Source: Sphingomonas sp.
GTDB lineage: Bacteria > Pseudomonadota > Alphaproteobacteria > Sphingomonadales > Sphingomonadaceae
Direction of reading: 5' to 3'
DNA length: 64,000 bases
Assembly (NCBI RefSeq): GCF_965248875.1
Contig: NZ_CBDFKR010000004.1
Location: 104,151 to 168,150, forward strand
Position 1 is the first letter of the stretch. Each line of letters opens with the position of its first letter. The position numbers and the translations under genes were made by a program. Shown piece after piece: positions 27,809 to 37,329 of the stretch. Below the pieces are notes generated by a model. It worked only from the letters and a program-made list of their open reading frames with translations, made no database searches and was not told where the DNA came from.

Positions 27809-28767
27809 CGCGAGCCGCTCATCTGCCGGATCGCGCGCGGGCAATCGCCGAACCGGCGCAGCAGATAGTCGCGCACCCCCGCGCGCCACGCCCGGGCGGT
27901 GGCGTGGCGGCCGAACAACAACGCCACGGCGCGCCGCGTCCGGGTCGGATATTGCGGAATCCGGCTGCTCAGTTTCTGGTACGACACGAGCTGCGCCGGG
28001 CGTTGTCGCAAGCCGCAATGGCGTTCCGCGAACAGCAGCTCGTTACGCGCGAGGAAGTAGATGTTGAGCGGCGACAACGCGCCGCCGATCGAACCGGAAC
28101 CGGCGTGAACGACACGCGCGGTGGTGGTCATCAGCATCTCGAACCCGGCCGCGCGGACGCGAAAGCACCAGTCGGTGTCATCGTAATTGAGGTAGAAATC
28201 GGCATCGAACAGACCGGCCCGTTCGAAATGGTCGCGGTGTGCGAACAAGGCCGCGCCCTTGACGAACGCGGTCGGATAGATGGCGGGCAGGTCGTCGAGC
28301 ACAACCTCCTGGACACGGGTGATGCGGGGCAGGCCGGTCGCCGCCTCGATTTCGGCGCCGACGAACTCGGGCGTGCGGCCGTCATGGTCGAGCTGCACCG
28401 GCCCGAGCACCGGCCGCGTCCCGCGCGTCCGGAACAGGTCGAGCAGGGTGGCGAGCGTGTCCGGCTCGACCAAAGCGTCGTTGTTGAGGATGAAGATGTG
28501 CTCGAACCCATCATCCAGCGCGCGGCGGACACCCAGATTGTTGCCGCCGGTCCAGCCGCCGTTGACCGACGAGCGCAGCAGGACGACGTCGGCGCCGAGA
28601 TCGGCCAGCTGTTCCAGCGAATCGTCGGTCGAGGCATTGTCGACCAGATACAGCCGCCACGTTGCGCCGCGGCTCCGGCGCAGCGACCCGAGGCAGGCGA
28701 GGCTCATCCGCCAGCCGTTCCAGTTGACGGTAACGACCGCGATGGCGTCGGGCGCGGCAGCGCTCAC
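27805..28767 (-). CDS. Glycosyltransferase family 2
   Basis: AVVTVNWNG..YLVDNASTDDS..ILNNDALV motifs (rhamnosyltransferase-like GT2). GTG start at 28767. Confidence 0.85.
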   Translation of the reverse strand: MSAAAPDAIAVVTVNWNGWRMSLACLGSLRRSRGATWRLYLVDNASTDDSLEQLADLGADVVLLRSSVNGGWTGGNNLGVRRALDDGFEHIFILNNDALVEPDTLATLLDLFRTRGTRPVLGPVQLDHDGRTPEFVGAEIEAATGLPRITRVQEVVLDDLPAIYPTAFVKGAALFAHRDHFERAGLFDADFYLNYDDTDWCFRVRAAGFEMLMTTTARVVHAGSGSIGGALSPLNIYFLARNELLFAERHCGLRQRPAQLVSYQKLSSRIPQYPTRTRRAVALLFGRHATARAWRAGVRDYLLRRFGDCPRAIRQMSGSR

Positions 28768-28770
28768 CCC

Positions 28771-29655
28771 TCAGCGCGCCCGCCGCTCGCTGTCGAGCAT
28801 GCCGAGCAGATAGTCGCCATAGCCGCTCTTGCGCTGCGGCGCGGCAAGTCGCTCCAATTGGGCGTCGTCGATATGGCCGAGCCGCCAGGCGATCTCTTCC
28901 GGACAGCAGATCTTCAAACCCTGGCGGTCCTCCGTCACCTTCACGTACAGTGCTGCGTCGAGCAGCGAGGCGTGGGTGCCGGTGTCGAGCCACGCATAGC
29001 CGCGTCCCATCAGTTCGACCGACAGCGTCCCCGCCTCCAGGTACAGCCGGTTGAGGTCGGTGATCTCCAGCTCGCCGCGCGCCGACGGCTTGATCCGGTG
29101 CGCGTAGTCGACCGCGTTGCCGTCGTAGAAATAAAGGCCGGTCACCGCATAGTTCGATCTGGGCGCGGCGGGCTTCTCTTCAATCGTCTCGGCGCGGCCG
29201 CGGCCGTCGAACGAGACGACGCCGTAGGAGGTCGGATCGGCGACATAATAGCCGAACACGGTCGCGCCGCCGTCGCGGGCATTGGCGGCGAGCAGCAGAT
29301 CGGTCAGCCCGTGACCGTAGAAGATGTTGTCGCCCAGGATCAGCGCCGACGGATCCGTGCCGACGAAATCCTTGCCGATGTGGAACGCCTGCGCCAGCCC
29401 ATCGGGGGAGGGCTGGATCGCGTAGGTGAGCGCAATGCCCCATTGCGATCCGTTGCCCAGCACGGTTTCAAACGCGGCGCGGTCCTCCGGTGTGGTGATC
29501 AGCAGGATCTCGCGGATGCCCGCCAGCATCAGCGTCGACAGCGGATAATAGATCATCGGCTTGTCATAGACCGGCATCAGCTGCTTCGAGACGCCGCGGG
29601 TCAGCGGGTGCAGCCGCGACCCCGTCCCGCCCGCCAGAATAATGCCCTTGCGCAT
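28771..29655 (-). CDS. rfbA: Glucose-1-phosphate thymidylyltransferase
   Basis: [53 protein letters not shown] is near-canonical RmlA. Confidence 0.95.
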   Translation of the reverse strand: MRKGIILAGGTGSRLHPLTRGVSKQLMPVYDKPMIYYPLSTLMLAGIREILLITTPEDRAAFETVLGNGSQWGIALTYAIQPSPDGLAQAFHIGKDFVGTDPSALILGDNIFYGHGLTDLLLAANARDGGATVFGYYVADPTSYGVVSFDGRGRAETIEEKPAAPRSNYAVTGLYFYDGNAVDYAHRIKPSARGELEITDLNRLYLEAGTLSVELMGRGYAWLDTGTHASLLDAALYVKVTEDRQGLKICCPEEIAWRLGHIDDAQLERLAAPQRKSGYGDYLLGMLDSERRAR

Positions 29656-29747
29656 GCTCGAACCTCGCCCGTATCGGGCGCTCTTACCCGGCTGGTGCAA
29701 TGCAGCAAACAACCTTGCCGGCGGATTTACGCAATGGGGGAGTTGAG

Positions 29748-30638
29748 GTGGCTGGGCCCAGCGTCGATGTCGCGGTCTGCACCTACCGGCGTGACACGCT
29801 CGCGCATGCGCTGCGGTCGATCGCGGGTCAGGTGTTGCCCGACGGCATTCGGCTGCGGGTGATCGTTGCCGACAATGACGAGGAACCGAGCGCACAGGCG
29901 CGCACGGCGGCGGCCGCGGCGCAGCTGACGCTGGACTGTCATTATGTCCATGCACCCGCGCGCAACATCTCGATCGCGCGCAACGCCTGTCTCGATGCCG
30001 CCGAGGCCGAGCTGCTGGCGTTCATCGACGACGACGAGGTGGCGACGCCGGGATGGATCGCCGCGCTGCTAGCCCGGCTGGACGAAAGCGGCGCGGACGC
30101 GGTGCTGGGGCCGGCGCGGGCCCGCTATCCAGCCGGCGCGCCCGGCTGGGCGGCGCGCGCGGACCTGCATTCGACGCGGCCGCCGCTGACCGAGACTGCG
30201 GCGATCCGGACGGGATATAGCTGCAACGTGCTGCTGCGGCTGCCCGCTTTTGCCGGCCTGCGCTTCGATCCGGCGCTGGGGCGGTCGGGGGGCGAAGACG
30301 ACTTGTTCTTCGCAACGGCGGTGCAGCGAGGCGCGCGGATCGCCTACGCGCCCGACGCGATCGTCGACGATCCGGTGCCGGCGGCGCGGCTGACGCTCGG
30401 CTGGCTGTGGCGGCGATCGTTCCGCAACGGCCAGACCTATGCGCGCACGCGCCTGGCGGCGGGCGGATGGCGGGCGCTGCTGCTGCCGGTCGCGGCGGGA
30501 AAGGCGTCGCTGTGCCTGGCTGGGGCGGCGCTGACGCTGGCATCGCCGGCGCGGTGGCGGCGGCTGGCGGTGCGCGGGGCGCTGCATCTGGGGGCGTGCG
30601 CGCGCTATTGCGGGCGGCGCGACCTGCAGCTTTACTAG
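29748..30638 (+). CDS. Glycosyltransferase family 2
   Basis: [28 protein letters not shown] motifs. GTG 29748 is preceded by GGGGAG; ATG 29700 is an alternative start. Confidence 0.8.
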   Translation: MAGPSVDVAVCTYRRDTLAHALRSIAGQVLPDGIRLRVIVADNDEEPSAQARTAAAAAQLTLDCHYVHAPARNISIARNACLDAAEAELLAFIDDDEVATPGWIAALLARLDESGADAVLGPARARYPAGAPGWAARADLHSTRPPLTETAAIRTGYSCNVLLRLPAFAGLRFDPALGRSGGEDDLFFATAVQRGARIAYAPDAIVDDPVPAARLTLGWLWRRSFRNGQTYARTRLAAGGWRALLLPVAAGKASLCLAGAALTLASPARWRRLAVRGALHLGACARYCGRRDLQLY

Positions 30639-30669
30639 TCCGCCGCCGCCGATCGGCTATTGAGACGCG

Positions 30670-31719
30670 ATGACCGACCCGCTTCTCTCCATCGTCATCG
30701 TCAACTTCAACTATGCGGCCTTCCTGCCGCAGGCGATCGATTCGGTGTTGGCGCAGACGGTCGCGTGCGAGGTAATCGTCGTCGACGACTGCTCGACCGA
30801 CGGCTCGCGCGCGGTGATCGAAGCCTATGGCGGGCAAGTGACGGCGGTATTCCGCGCCGCCAATGGCGGCATGTCGGCGGCGGTCAACACAGGGTTTGCG
30901 CAGTCGACCGGCGCGATCGTCCTGTTCCTCGACGCCGACGACTTCCTGTATCCCGATGCCGCCCGGCGCGTGCTGGATGCCTGGCACGACGGCGTGGCGC
31001 AGGTGCAGGCGCGCCTTCATCTTGTCGATGCCGACGGCCGTGTCGAGGATGTGTTTCCGCCCTATGAGATGCCGCTTGCGTCGGGCGACGTGACCGGGGG
31101 GCTGCGCAGCCGGGGGCGGTATGCAACGACGGTGACGACGGGCCTGGCGTTCGCGCGATCGGCCCTGGATCAGGTCATGCCGATCCCCGAACAGGCGTTC
31201 GACCGTTCGGCCGACGGCTATCTGGCGACGGTGGTGCCGCTGTATGGCGCGGTCGCCGCCATCGACACGCCGATCGGCGGCTATCGGCGGCACGGCGCAA
31301 ACCATAGCGGCTTCGCCGCCGACATGGCGAAGCGCGCGCGCTGGCGGGTCGAGCATGACGAGCATCGCTACACGGCGTTGCGCGACCATGCCGGGCGACA
31401 GGGGCTAGCCGTCGATCCCTCACCCGGCATGGGTGATGCGACGCATCTGGAGCAGCGGCTCGCGTCGCTGTGCTTCGACCGCGCGGCGCACGGCTATGCC
31501 GGCGATCGCCGCAGCCGGCTGGGGCTGGCGGGGGCGCGGGCGTCGATGGCGGGCGGCATGTCGTGGAAGCGGCGGGCGACGCAGGCGGGGATGTTCCTGG
31601 TCGCGGGGTTCACTCCGCTGTTCGTCGCGCGGCGCGCGCTGGCGTGGAAGCTGGAGCGGTCGAGCCGCCCCAAGGTGATCGACTGGGCGGCCGGGCGGTT
31701 GCGGCGGCTGATGGGCTGA
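30670..31719 (+). CDS. Glycosyltransferase family 2
   Basis: LLSIVIVNFNYAAFLPQAIDSVLAQT..VVDDCSTDGS..FLDADDF. Confidence 0.85.
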   Translation: MTDPLLSIVIVNFNYAAFLPQAIDSVLAQTVACEVIVVDDCSTDGSRAVIEAYGGQVTAVFRAANGGMSAAVNTGFAQSTGAIVLFLDADDFLYPDAARRVLDAWHDGVAQVQARLHLVDADGRVEDVFPPYEMPLASGDVTGGLRSRGRYATTVTTGLAFARSALDQVMPIPEQAFDRSADGYLATVVPLYGAVAAIDTPIGGYRRHGANHSGFAADMAKRARWRVEHDEHRYTALRDHAGRQGLAVDPSPGMGDATHLEQRLASLCFDRAAHGYAGDRRSRLGLAGARASMAGGMSWKRRATQAGMFLVAGFTPLFVARRALAWKLERSSRPKVIDWAAGRLRRLMG

Positions 31720-31724
31720 CCTGC

Positions 31725-32729
31725 TCAGAGCAGGAAGCGTGGCGTCGTATCCGGCGCGGGCGGCGCAGGAAGCAGCCTCTCGTGCAGCGTCGCCAGCTTG
31801 TCGCGTGCGATGTCGATGAGGACGCCCGACAGCGCGGCAGGGGTCGATGCCTCTTCGCGCAAGGCCGCGAGCGCGCCGACCAACCGCTTTCGGGCGAGCA
31901 CCGCGCGCAGCCGGCGCTTGCGCGCGGTCTGGGCGTGGAGGCGCTGAAGCTCCGTGCGAACTTCCGATCCCGGCGGCGCGGCGGCGACAAGGGCGAGCAT
32001 CGCCCCTTCGACCGCGGTGAGCTCGGCGACGCCGTGGCTGGTGCTCAACGAGCCACGGCGTTCGACGGCGACGTAGCGGCATGCGGCCGCGATCTTGAAC
32101 CGCGCGCCTGCGAGCAAGGCGCGGGTGTAGAGGTCGAAATCCTCCGACAGCCGGAGTTCCCGGGCGTAGCGCAGGCCGTGCGCGTCGAGAAAGGCGCGCG
32201 ACAGCAGCGGCTTGAGGAAGCCGAGTTCGCCCTTGTAGCGGCCACGCCGGGTGAGGCAGCCGCGGACGAACGCAGCCGCCGGCAGCGCGCGCGCCGCGAC
32301 CGGGTGAGCGGCGATCGCCGCGGCGTCGATGTCCGCTACCCGGCTCTCGTCGACAAAGGCGATGCTGTCGGCGATCATGTCCCAATCCGGGACGTCGAAC
32401 AGCGCGGCAAGCCGGCCGGGCAGAAAGAAATCATCGGCGTCGAGGATCGCGATGAAGGGCGATCTGCTCGCCTCGATGGCGCGATTGCGGGCGGCGGACG
32501 GCCCGACGTTGGCGGCCAGACATACCACGCTGAGGCGGCCGCTGCCGTCGTCCACCGCGCGTGCCGCTGCCGCGGTATCATCGGTTGAGGCATCGTCGAC
32601 GACGACCACCTCCGCGGTCTCCGGCTGGTCGAGCGCAGAGACCACCGCACGGCCGATTGTCGCCGCGCCGTTGAACGCGGCGATGATGACGCAGACGCGC
32701 GGGTCGGCGGGAACGGGCGGCTCGGGCAT
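31725..32729 (-). CDS. Glycosyltransferase family 2
   Basis: VCVIIAAFNGAATIGRAVVSAL..VVVDDASTDDT..ILDADDFF. ATG at 32729. Confidence 0.85.
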   Translation of the reverse strand: MPEPPVPADPRVCVIIAAFNGAATIGRAVVSALDQPETAEVVVVDDASTDDTAAAARAVDDGSGRLSVVCLAANVGPSAARNRAIEASRSPFIAILDADDFFLPGRLAALFDVPDWDMIADSIAFVDESRVADIDAAAIAAHPVAARALPAAAFVRGCLTRRGRYKGELGFLKPLLSRAFLDAHGLRYARELRLSEDFDLYTRALLAGARFKIAAACRYVAVERRGSLSTSHGVAELTAVEGAMLALVAAAPPGSEVRTELQRLHAQTARKRRLRAVLARKRLVGALAALREEASTPAALSGVLIDIARDKLATLHERLLPAPPAPDTTPRFLL

Positions 32730-32843
32730 TGTCGAGCGTCGTAGGCGGAGACGATGCGCGGCGGCAACGGTCCGTTCAGCGGTTTGCATCCAGAGAGGGA
32801 GCGGGTAGGCGCGGGCGGGCCGGCGGCTGGAGGCAAAAGGGCA

Positions 32844-33995
32844 GTGACGCAACGCGCGGCGACCGGCGAGCGCCACCCGAAAATCGCCTATCTGGTCCAC
32901 GACATCAACGATCCGGCGGTGGCGCGGCGCGTGTCGATGCTGCGCGCGGGCGGAGCGGAGCTGGTCGTCGCCGGATTTCGGCGCGATGAGCGCTCGCCGG
33001 CCGCGGTCGCGGGAGCGCAGGTGATCGATCTCGGCCGCACCGATGACGGCGCGCTGATCGGACGCGCGATCAAGGTGGTGGCGACGCTGCTGCGGCCCGG
33101 CGCGCTGCTGGCGGCGGCGGCAGGCGCCGACGTGGTGATCGGGCGCAATCTGGAGTGTCTGGCGCTGGCCAGGCGCGTGCGGCGTGCGCTGCCGGAGGTG
33201 CGCCTGGTCTATGAATGCCTGGATATCCACCGCACGCTGCTCGGCGGATCGCTGCCCGCCCGCGCTATCCAGCGCGTCGAGGCGGCGCTGCTGCGAACGG
33301 TGGACCTGCTGCTGGTGTCCTCACCGGCGTTCCATCGCGAGTATTTTGTGAAGCGCCCAACGCTGGCGGCGCCGGCGCTGCTGGTCGAGAACAAGCTGCT
33401 GGCGCTGGACGGCATGCCCGTCGCCGCCGACGCGCCGGCCGCCGGACCGCCCTGGACGATCGGCTGGTTCGGCAATCTGCGCTGCCGCCGCAGCTTTGCC
33501 TTGCTGAGCGAGCTTGCGCGGCGGGCAGAGGGACGCGTGCGCATCCTGATCGCGGGTCGCGCGAGCCCGGCGGTGTTCGACGACTTCGCCGCAAGTGTCG
33601 CCGCCGCACCGCATTGTACGTACGTCGGTCCGTACACGCCCGGGCAACTCCGCGAGTTGTACGGACAATGCCACTTCGCCTGGGGCATCGACTATTTCGA
33701 GGAAGGGCTGAACTCGCAATGGCTGCTGCCCAACAAGCTGTACGAGGCGGCGGCCTTTGGGACGGTGCCGATCGCGCTGCGATCCGTCGAGACCGGCAGG
33801 TGGCTGGAGGGGCACGGGGCGGGGCTCTTGCTCAATGACGGCGATCCGGTTGCGCAGCTCGAGCCGCAGTTCTCCGATGTGGACGATGCGGCCTACCGGC
33901 AGTTGCGTGCCGCGGTCGACGCGATCCCGCGCGGCGACCTGATCGCCGGTCAGGGTGATTGCGACACCCTGCTGCATGCGATCGTCGACGGATGA
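32844..33995 (+). CDS. Putative GT-B fold glycosyltransferase
   Basis: Two Rossmann-like halves (KIAYLVHDINDPAVARRV.. / ..WTIGWFGNLR..LPNKLYEAAAFGTVPIA). GTG 32844 lies 10 nt after GGAGG. Confidence 0.55.
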   Translation: MTQRAATGERHPKIAYLVHDINDPAVARRVSMLRAGGAELVVAGFRRDERSPAAVAGAQVIDLGRTDDGALIGRAIKVVATLLRPGALLAAAAGADVVIGRNLECLALARRVRRALPEVRLVYECLDIHRTLLGGSLPARAIQRVEAALLRTVDLLLVSSPAFHREYFVKRPTLAAPALLVENKLLALDGMPVAADAPAAGPPWTIGWFGNLRCRRSFALLSELARRAEGRVRILIAGRASPAVFDDFAASVAAAPHCTYVGPYTPGQLRELYGQCHFAWGIDYFEEGLNSQWLLPNKLYEAAAFGTVPIALRSVETGRWLEGHGAGLLLNDGDPVAQLEPQFSDVDDAAYRQLRAAVDAIPRGDLIAGQGDCDTLLHAIVDG

Positions 33996-34951
33996 CCGGG
34001 ATTCTCGTCGTCATTCCCTGCCTCAACGAGGAAGCGGCGCTGCCCGGGCTGCTGCGCCAGCAGCTCGCCGAGCCGGGGGACCATTCGATCGTCGTCGCCG
34101 ATGGCGGCAGCACCGATTCGAGCCGGGCGATCGTGGCGGCGGTGGCGCGCGACCATCCGCGGCTGACGCTGATCGACAACCCGGCGCGGTTGCAGGCGGC
34201 CGGCGTCAACCGGGCGGTGGCCGAGCTGGGCGGCGACGCGCGCTGGCTGGTCCGGATCGATGCCCATTGCGACTATCCCGAGGGCTATGTGCGCAAGCTG
34301 ATCGACACCGCCGAGCGGCAGCACGCGACCTCGGTGGTGGTGCCGATGGTCAGCCGCGGCGAAACCTGCTTCCAGCGCGCCGCCGCCACCGCGCAGAATT
34401 CGCGGCTCGGCACCGGCGGCTCGCCGCATCGCCATGTCGGGACGGGCGCCTGGGTCGATCACGGCCATCACGCGCTGATGGACATGACGCTGTTCCGGCA
34501 GGTCGGCGGCTATCGCGAGACGATGTCGCACAACGAGGATGCCGAGCTCGACCTTCGGTTGGCCGCGGCCGGGGGGCGGCTGTGGCTGGAGCCGCGACTC
34601 GCGCTTGGATACCTGCCCCGCCGGTCCGCTGCGCAGTTGTGGCGACAGTATCTCGGCTATGGCCGGGGGAGGGCGCAGACGCTGCTGCTCCATCGGCGGC
34701 GGCCCAAGCTGCGCCAGACGCTGCCGCTCGCGGTCCCGGCCGCGGCGCTGGTCGCGCTGCTGACGCCGGTGCACTGGCTGTTCGCCGCGCCGCTGCTCGG
34801 CTGGGCGCTGCTGTGCCTGGCGGGCGGCATTGCGATCGGCGCGCGTGCGGGCGGGGGGTGTGCGATGTTGAGCGGCGTGCCGGCGATGATCATGCACCTG
34901 GCCTGGGGACTTGGATTCCTGGCCCGTATCGCGCGGCGCCGGATGTTGTAA
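33992..34951 (+). CDS. Glycosyltransferase family 2, ExoA-like
   Basis: ILVVIPCLNEE..VADGGSTDSS..RIDAHCDYPEGY, with C-terminal TM helices as in succinoglycan ExoA-type enzymes. ATGA overlap with the upstream gene. Confidence 0.8.
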   Translation: MTGILVVIPCLNEEAALPGLLRQQLAEPGDHSIVVADGGSTDSSRAIVAAVARDHPRLTLIDNPARLQAAGVNRAVAELGGDARWLVRIDAHCDYPEGYVRKLIDTAERQHATSVVVPMVSRGETCFQRAAATAQNSRLGTGGSPHRHVGTGAWVDHGHHALMDMTLFRQVGGYRETMSHNEDAELDLRLAAAGGRLWLEPRLALGYLPRRSAAQLWRQYLGYGRGRAQTLLLHRRRPKLRQTLPLAVPAAALVALLTPVHWLFAAPLLGWALLCLAGGIAIGARAGGGCAMLSGVPAMIMHLAWGLGFLARIARRRML

Positions 34952-35053
34952 GTTTTCGCTGTCCTACAAGCAGTCCCGGAACATAAGCCGAACATTGCAT
35001 GAGTCGCCGCTGTCGGCGGCGCCTGCGTGAACCATCGGCACAAGGACAATTTC

Positions 35054-35323
35054 ATGAGTATCGACCCCTATCGCGACGCCGCCGACGGCGCCTGCGACTC
35101 GGCGCGCGCACCCTTTGCGATCGCACCGCACGACAGCAACGAGCTGACCATCATCCCCAAGGCGATCTACGTCGGCACCGGCGGTTCCGTCACCCTCCGG
35201 GGGGTCGCAGGCAGCGCGGATGTCGTGTTCAAGAACGTGGCGAGCGGGCAGGTGATCGACGTCCGCGCCCGCTTCGTTCGCGCAACGGGCACGACCGCCG
35301 CCGACCTGGTGGCGCTCGCCTGA
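35054..35323 (+). CDS. Small protein resembling the gene-transfer-agent head-spike base (Rcc01079/GhsA-like)
   Basis: 89 aa: MSIDPYRDAADGA..FAIAPHDSNELTIIPKAIYVGTGGSVTLRGV..VRATGTTAADLVALA. The pattern matches my recollection of the Rcc01079 family. Not verified by any search. Confidence 0.5.
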   Translation: MSIDPYRDAADGACDSARAPFAIAPHDSNELTIIPKAIYVGTGGSVTLRGVAGSADVVFKNVASGQVIDVRARFVRATGTTAADLVALA

Positions 35324-36546
35324 TGGCCCGCATCGGTCTGGGGCTCAGCCGTCACCGCAGGGGGCCGATCGGCGTGCCGGTCACTGCCCCGCCTCCTCCA
35401 CCCCCGCCGCCGGCCGCGCCGACGGGCTTTACCGCGAACGGCGCCGCCAATGCGGCGCTGAAGGCGATGCTCACGCGCGTTGCGGCGGGAACGGGGCGGG
35501 GGCGCATCGTCTTCAAGGGTGATAGCACCACCGCGGGGGCGGGCGGCGGCGACCCGACCAGCACCCAGCAGCTCGGCGGCGCCAGGGCCAACCGCACTGC
35601 GGCGGTGCTGGCGGCGCGGTTGTCGGCGGCCGGCTATCCGGCGCTCGACAATGGGGTGGTCGGCGACAACGGCAACAAGGCCTTCGTGCCGCTGCCGGTC
35701 TATGATCCGCGCGTGACGCTCGGTGCGTCGTCGCCGTGGATCGCGGACGGCGGCCAGGGTTTTGCCGGCGGCAATTTCCTCTTCAGCCCCGGTGGCGGCA
35801 CCTTTGACTTCACGCCGGCCGTTGCGGTCGACCGTTTCGAGGTCGTCGCGTTCAATGTCGGCGGCAGCTATAGCTTTCTCGTCGACGGCGCGGCGCCGGG
35901 CACGGTGGCTGCGCCGGGCGCGACGATCGCCGGCGGCGGGGTGTCGGTGCCGGGCGGCAACGCCGGCTTCACCCGGATCACCGTCACGGCGGCTGCAGCC
36001 GGCATCCACAGCCTGCGCGTGACGACCAGCACGGCGGCGGCGATGCGATCGGTGATGGCCTGGGCGAACGGAACGTACGCGATCGACATCCTCAATCACG
36101 CGAGCAACGGTGCGACCTCGGCCGATCAGGCGACGGCCGGCAGCAACTGGTCGAACAACGACTCGCTGGCGTTCGACGCCCCGGACCTGACCATCATCAA
36201 CCTGGGGTTGAACGACATCGGCGGTCAGGTGGCGATCGCCGCCTACCGCACCAGCCTGCAGACGATCGTCGATACGGCGCGGCTGTCCGGCGACGTCCTG
36301 CTCGTCTTCCCCCATCCGGCGGGCAGCCAGTTCGCGATCAATCCGGCCGCTTATCGCGATGCCGCCGCGGCGCAGGCGGCGGCGAGCGGCGTCGCCTTTC
36401 TCAGCCTGTTCGACTATTTCGGCGGGGCGTTCACCCCGGCGCTGCAGGCGCGAATGGCGGACGGGCTGGTCCACGGCGACGCCGCCTTCTACGCCGAGGT
36501 CGGCGAGGTCTATCGCCAGTGCATCGCCGTCATGGCCGCGCCGTGA
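35323..36546 (+). CDS. SGNH/GDSL hydrolase family protein with N-terminal Pro8 linker and inserted beta-rich module
   Basis: SGNH blocks IVFKGDSTTAG (I), NHASNGAT (II), INLGLNDIGG (III) and DGLVHGD (V). The start ATG overlaps the preceding stop (TGATG). Confidence 0.7.
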   Translation: MARIGLGLSRHRRGPIGVPVTAPPPPPPPPAAPTGFTANGAANAALKAMLTRVAAGTGRGRIVFKGDSTTAGAGGGDPTSTQQLGGARANRTAAVLAARLSAAGYPALDNGVVGDNGNKAFVPLPVYDPRVTLGASSPWIADGGQGFAGGNFLFSPGGGTFDFTPAVAVDRFEVVAFNVGGSYSFLVDGAAPGTVAAPGATIAGGGVSVPGGNAGFTRITVTAAAAGIHSLRVTTSTAAAMRSVMAWANGTYAIDILNHASNGATSADQATAGSNWSNNDSLAFDAPDLTIINLGLNDIGGQVAIAAYRTSLQTIVDTARLSGDVLLVFPHPAGSQFAINPAAYRDAAAAQAAASGVAFLSLFDYFGGAFTPALQARMADGLVHGDAAFYAEVGEVYRQCIAVMAAP

Positions 36547-36570
36547 CGGCGATCCTGTGCTGGCCGGCGT

Positions 36571-37242
36571 CTAATACAGCCAAGTGCTCCATTTGGCATA
36601 GGGCGCCCAGGCCGTGCCCGTCCTGCGAAAGGCATAGGTGCTGCCCTGATGCGCCGCCGTGACCGAGACAAAGGCGACATTGTCGACGATGATCGTCCGC
36701 GAGACGGTGTAGACCGGGTGGCAGGACGAGGTCAGGCGGTTCCACCCCCACCAGCGCACCCGCGCATGGGGCGCATCCGCCGTTTCGGCGAGGCGCACGG
36801 GCCGGCTCGTCTCCAGCAGCGACGCGCGGTTGGCATAGCCGTTCAGCTGCCCCTGATCGACCACCGACAGCTGGCCTTGCAATGACGGCCGCTCAGGCAG
36901 CACGACATGCTCGCCCTGCAGCTCGCTGCCGATCAGATCGCGGCCCGACAGGTTGCGGCCGGGGTCGAGCGGCCGGGGCGCGGTCCAGCCCAGCGGCCGC
37001 CGCGCTGGCTCAGGCGCGGGGAGCATGTCACGGTAGATCGCCAGGGGTTCACCCCGCGCGCCGCTGTCGACGCAGATGTTGCGGCCGTCGGCGGTCAACA
37101 CCTTGAGCAGCAGCGTGTTGATCTGCCGCTCGTCGGCGGTGCCGTGCCAACCCGAACATCCGCCCAGCACCGCCAGCAACGATAGCGGCAGCAGCCGGGC
37201 GCGTACCCTGGCCCTCGGTTTGCTAAAGTGAAGCAGAATCAA
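36571..37242 (-). CDS. Hypothetical lipoprotein
   Basis: Lipobox LLAVLGGCSG. No recognisable domain. TTG start at 37242 with AGGAG 8 nt upstream. Confidence 0.5.
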   Translation of the reverse strand: MILLHFSKPRARVRARLLPLSLLAVLGGCSGWHGTADERQINTLLLKVLTADGRNICVDSGARGEPLAIYRDMLPAPEPARRPLGWTAPRPLDPGRNLSGRDLIGSELQGEHVVLPERPSLQGQLSVVDQGQLNGYANRASLLETSRPVRLAETADAPHARVRWWGWNRLTSSCHPVYTVSRTIIVDNVAFVSVTAAHQGSTYAFRRTGTAWAPYAKWSTWLY

Positions 37243-37329
37243 TCCTCTCGCTCCTGTCCCAATTCGGGGCTGGACCGTTTGCCTTCTTAAGGCAAGTTGC
37301 GTATCTGATTGGACTTAGTAGGGGAAGCC

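Noticed and set aside
27904-29862. 652-aa plus-strand ORF
   Set aside because: Antisense to a GT2 gene and to the near-canonical rmlA gene.
30022-31389. 455-aa minus-strand ORF
   Set aside because: Antisense to two GT2 genes that have clear DxD and N-terminal GT-A motifs.
35167-36474. 435-aa minus-strand ORF
   Set aside because: Antisense to the SGNH hydrolase gene. Arg-rich translation.
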